From the human T2T-CHM13v2.0 reference genome, Homo sapiens: DNA of 64,000 bases. The translations under genes and the position numbers were made by a program. The notes below the pieces were generated by a model, which was given only the letters and a program-made list of their open reading frames with translations, searched no databases and had not been told where the DNA came from. Below are positions 59,150 through 64,000 of this stretch, piece by piece. How positions within the stretch are numbered: position 1 is the stretch's first letter; each line of letters opens with the position of its first letter. The DNA lies in the NCBI RefSeq assembly GCF_009914755.1, contig NC_060925.1; one strand, given 5' to 3'.

Positions 59150-59898
59150 CCATCTACAACAGCCACACCACACCCTTACATTTAATCTTGCTTTTTTGTT
59201 TGTTTGTTTATGAAACTTAAGACATTATGTTATTTATTTATTTTTATTCTGTCTCCCTCCACTGAAAGTTAAGTTCCCTGAGACTAGGATCCTTTTCTGT
59301 GTTGTGCCTGTAACCACATCATCCAGAAAAGTACCTGATATACAGCAGATACACAATAAATATTTGTTGAATAAACAAATTAATAAATTATTGTGGAACC
59401 CTTAGCACAGGGAAGTTACCAGTTTGGAGCTTCCTCTGACATAAATTCCAAAATGTAGCTACTGTCATTTCAATAATTTTCCCAATAAAATAATTTTAAA
59501 TAAACCCACAATACTATAAATTAAAAACCACTGTTGTTTCTAAGGAAAGTCCAAGATGGTTTATAAATATAAATACTCTTGCTGAAATCAATTATTCTAT
59601 TTTAATAAATGAATCAAAATGGGTATAGCCAAGATAAAATGGATATGGCCAAGAAATAAAAATTGATTTAACTGACTATAGCTAGTACCTTTGTGCTTAT
59701 AGTTTATAAAATTTAATTTCAGTATATTCTTGATCCTACAATACCCCATTATAACAAATTAAGAGCCAAAAAATTTTGATTCAGGTTGAAATATAGATAA
59801 AAGTAGTAGATACTACAGTTAACTTTTAATGCTTAAATGGTTTACTTTGCAAATCATTATGTCAATGTTACTTTCCTATTAATGGAACCGAAGCCTAC

Positions 59899-60027
59899 CT
59901 CTGGTGCCAGATATTCTGGAGTGCCACAGAATGTCTTCATGGTGGCTGCATCTGTGATCCCTTCTTTGCAAAGTCCAAAATCTGTAATTTTTATGTGGCC
60001 ATCTTTGTCCAGCATTAGATTCTCCAA
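59899..60027 (-). CDS. AKT3: AKT3 coding exon, aa 274-316 (DFG motif, activation loop T305, APE)
   Basis: Minus strand translates [43 protein letters not shown]. Acceptor CAG (AG 60028-60029), donor GAG|GTAGGC. 129 nt, phase 0-0. T305 codon at 59932-59934. Confidence 0.99.
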
Positions 60028-61417
60028 CTGTGTATTAAGAAAAATGACATAATTTGTTCTATAGTCTTCAACAACATGAAAATACCATTTTAAAAAACTA
60101 CTGAATGCTGAGTAAGGTATTTTGGAAACAGGACATAGTTGTAGCTAATAGAACGCTCAGTACTTACAAACTCTGTTGCTTCACGTGTAAAAAGAAACAT
60201 GTTTTATCAAATACTTCACGATGATAAAATTATCTATTTTTAAACCGATGGGAATAAGTGATATAGCTTTAAGAGCCATTATTTTGTAAGTTCTGAAATT
60301 AAAGCCTAATCAACTTTTCAAAGCAAACATCAATCCTCTTTTTTTAAAAAAGAAAATGTGATCTAAACAATCCCAAAGAGATGAGCATCTTCTTCTAGAT
60401 ATATACAGATGGTTTCAACAATTTCTCCTGGGAATCTATTGCTATTATAAAATATTCACTTACAGAAATGTTTTTTGGTGGTGCTTGTAAATCAAACCTA
60501 AATCTTATTTTGTAAGGTAAGGCGATATCCTCTTTTGCAGTTCTTTGTAATAAAGAAATACCAACCCTTTTAAATATAAAAAGAAAAAGAATATCAAAGT
60601 CAAACATTCAACAGTTAATAAAAATATATAGCATAAATGTTATAAAGTTGGACCCTCTTTGAACCCATTAATTCAAAACACCAAAGAAAATCTTAAAGAT
60701 TTAACCAAGTAACAGGATCATGTGCCTCAAGCGGAAAATTATGAAATGTAAGAGAGGAGGAATTTGTGCAAAGCCAACACAATTAGAAATAACAATGTAA
60801 CCAGCCAGTTCCCCTCGAGCTAATTTGAACCTAAGATTATGATTATCATCAAACAAAGATACAGATGAGTTCTGAGTTATGATCATACAGCCTTATGTAT
60901 TCAGGGCCCATAAAACTTTGCCTAGTCATGTAGACACAACCTAAAGGTATTTCTTCTGTCATACTGAAAAAATATACAAAATGTGAAAAGTATATTAACA
61001 GGATAAATGATAGTTAACTTTTATTTGAGGAGTAGATTCTTATTCTACTCCTTAATGTGATGACATTTGAAAGAATGTACCTGGACTCTGAAGTTAATAT
61101 CAAATTTAAAACAGATCTCCACTTTAGAACATAAACATATCAGTCATATAAAATATGTTATTATACTCTCTGCCATATTGTCAAATGTCTTATAAACCAG
61201 ACACTAAATACAGTTAGGCAAGTTGTGTTCACTGAAGCAAAGTTCAGAACAGACAAAAGTCCTTTTTTATAGTACTTCAATGTGCCATCTAACTAAACCA
61301 AATGCTTGATATACATTTCATGTATAGCATGTCTCACAGAGGTAAGTCTGGCTTCAATTTTTTTCTACAGAAAGCTGAATGAACACATAAAATATACTGC
61401 TGAACCTTTAAAAAAAA

Positions 61418-61707
<290 letters not shown>

Positions 61708-62512
61708 TAAAATTTTTTATTTTATCCAAACTCAGTTATCTTGTATATTCCTGTTTCTCTACCAGCCAGAACCTAGAAACCAAACCCAATCTGCACAAAT
61801 GACAATAAGTCTTGTATATTGAAACCAATCAGAAACATCAAGAGTCTTCAACTGTCCTATTTTCTCTTTCTGCCTTGGTCTGTCTCTTCTCAGCCTCTGG
61901 TTTCTCTCTTTTTTCCACCTCTTTCAAACAACCTCTCTTCTTCCTCCCTCCCACTTTGCCATAATGAGAAACGTTAAGTATATACTAAAGCTTCTGTTGT
62001 TTTACTGAATAAAAATGTATATGCCCTTTTATTAATTTTTAAAAATATGCTTAATATATAAATATATAAAATGCTGAAGATCTTTAGTGAATACTCTTTT
62101 ACTAATATAATACATTAACAATTCTTATAAAAGTTCCAAATAATACAAAATATTGAACAAAATGTGAATGTACTTTTTACACCATTCCATTCCCATCTAG
62201 TTTGGTGTGTAATGTGCCAATACTCCTCACATGCTTTGTATGCATGGGAAAGTCTTCATGGAAACATGACAGACAGGATGCACTATTTCTCCACGTTTTG
62301 ACAAAGCTATTTTTGAAGTGGCTGGATACAGAAAAACCAAAATGTATAAACACTGCTTTTTAATACCTAGCTCCGTGTGTGTGTACGTGTGTGTAAAATT
62401 CTGACTTGCATCTAATTCTGTAACCTCGTATCTCATCTCTGAGCCTCAGATCATGGTTGTGAGAAGAAGAATGAAATGAGATGCAAGGATAGGTTTGGGT
62501 AAGGAATAGGCT

Positions 62513-62622
62513 GAGGGTGACCAACTCCCAGTTTGCCCAGAACTGAGGGGTTTCAAAGAATGCAGGACGTGTAGTGCTACAACTGGGCAGTCCTGGGCAA
62601 ACCAAGACAGCTGGTTACCCTA
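62513..62622. mobile_element. MER81-like hAT MITE
   Basis: TIRs agggtgaccaact and agctggttacccta, about 110 bp. Confidence 0.8.
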
Positions 62623-62749
62623 CTTGTTTTATAAATTAGCTTTTAAAAAAATTACAATGATATAGTAAGAAATAAGATAAGCCTAAGGGATGACTGAGAG
62701 AGATGGGGTAAGGGTCATGGCCATGGGGACTGGTAGCATACTGCCTGGG

Positions 62750-62990
62750 AGGCAGTAGAGAGCAAAATGGATAAGACTATGGGTTCAAGTCAGAGGGTTC
62801 ATATTAAAATTTGAGCTTTATCCCTTATTCACTGTGTGACCTTGGGCATATTATTAATTTCTACGTGCTTCAATTTCATCTATAAAACAAAAGTAAATAA
62901 CAGTAACAATCCAATGTGACAGTTTTGAGAAATGAGATGCTAAATGCAAACTTAACATACCATAAGAATTGAATAAATGAACTCATCTTT
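62750..62990 (+). mobile_element. MIR
   Basis: ctgtgtgaccttgggca...ttcaatttcatctataaaa core. Confidence 0.65.
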
Positions 62991-63180
62991 TCTTAAAACA
63001 TGAAGAGTTTAATGGCTTATTTGTAAATTGTCATGATGTGGGCTCTTCTAAAAAACACTGTATTTTAAAGAAAAGAACAAAGTTCAAGAGTGGAACCCCA
63101 TAAAACATTTCTGTTGGCTCAATGACTGCATTAAAAATACTTTTCAATATGCAATAATTTATTTTAAGTAACAAAACACA

Positions 63181-63472
63181 GGCTAGGCACAGTGGCTCAT
63201 GCCTGTAATCCCAACAATTTGAGAGGCTGAGGCAGGCAGATCGCTTGAGCTCAGGAGTTCAAGACCAGCCTGGGCAACATGGTGAAACCCTGTCTCTACC
63301 AATAATACAAAAGATTAGCTGTGCGTGGTGGTATGCGCTTGTGGTGCCAGCTACTCTGGAGGCTGAAGCGGGAGAGTTACTTGAGCCCGAGGTGTGTGGG
63401 GAGGTTGTAATATGCAGAGATGGTGCCACTGCACTCCAGCCTGGGTGACAGAGTGAAATCCTGTCTCAAAAA
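63181..63472 (+). mobile_element. AluJ
   Basis: TSD AACAAAACACA at 63170-63180 and 63473-63483. Confidence 0.92.
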
Positions 63473-63499
63473 AACAAAACACAAATATTTTATAATTTT

Positions 63500-63811
63500 C
63501 TTATTTTTGAGACAGGGTCTCGCTCTGTTGCCTAGGCTGGAGTACAGTGGCACAATCACAGCTCACTGCAGCCTCAACCTCCCAGGCTCAACTGATCCTC
63601 CCACCTCAGCCTCCTAAGTACACAGGCGCACACCACTACCACGCCCTGCTAGTTTTTGTTTGTTTCTTCCTTTTTTTTTTTTTTTTTTTTTTTAAGAGAT
63701 GGTATTTTGCCATGTTGCCCAGGCTGGTCCCGAACTCCTGAGTTCAAACAGTCCTCCCACCTCTGCCTCCCAAAGTGCTGGGATTACAAGTTTGAGCTAC
63801 TGTGCCCAGCC
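63500..63811 (-). mobile_element. AluJ
   Basis: Antisense Alu directly after the sense Alu. Confidence 0.92.
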
Positions 63812-64000
63812 TCATAATTTCCCAGTTATTTTGAAGTAGTGTCCACATTCTTCTATCAATTACTTTGTCTTCTCTCACCATCCTAAAACGTTGTTTTGCT
63901 GAGCATGAATGACTAAAACTTGTCCACCAAAATATTAGCTTAAAAAATAATATCCCCAAATCTAATCTTGTATAAAGATAAATCAGGAGATAATAAAATG

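Overview
Primate (almost certainly human) genomic DNA containing the 3' part of AKT3 (RAC-gamma Ser/Thr kinase, PKB-gamma) on the minus strand. Five coding exons (59899-60027, 48908-49122, 41681-41768, 8120-8222, 1053-1138) splice GT-AG into residues 274-479, including T305, T447 and S472. The proximal 3' UTR follows. The rest is intron, dense in transposon relics: about 18 Alus, many L1/L2/MIR fragments, MaLR/ERVL LTRs, a full-length HSMAR2 mariner, and Tigger/hAT elements. Repeat subfamily names are recognised from remembered consensus sequences, not from a search, and repeat boundaries are approximate. I see no new gene system, CRISPR array or RNA gene. The best leads are: stop-free in-frame circRNA potential of the kinase exons, which are flanked by inverted Alus; an orphan 95-nt poly(A)-tailed retrocopy inside a MER63; a 466-nt purine tract that precedes a CAG|GTATGA site in the pre-mRNA; and a twin-primed L1.
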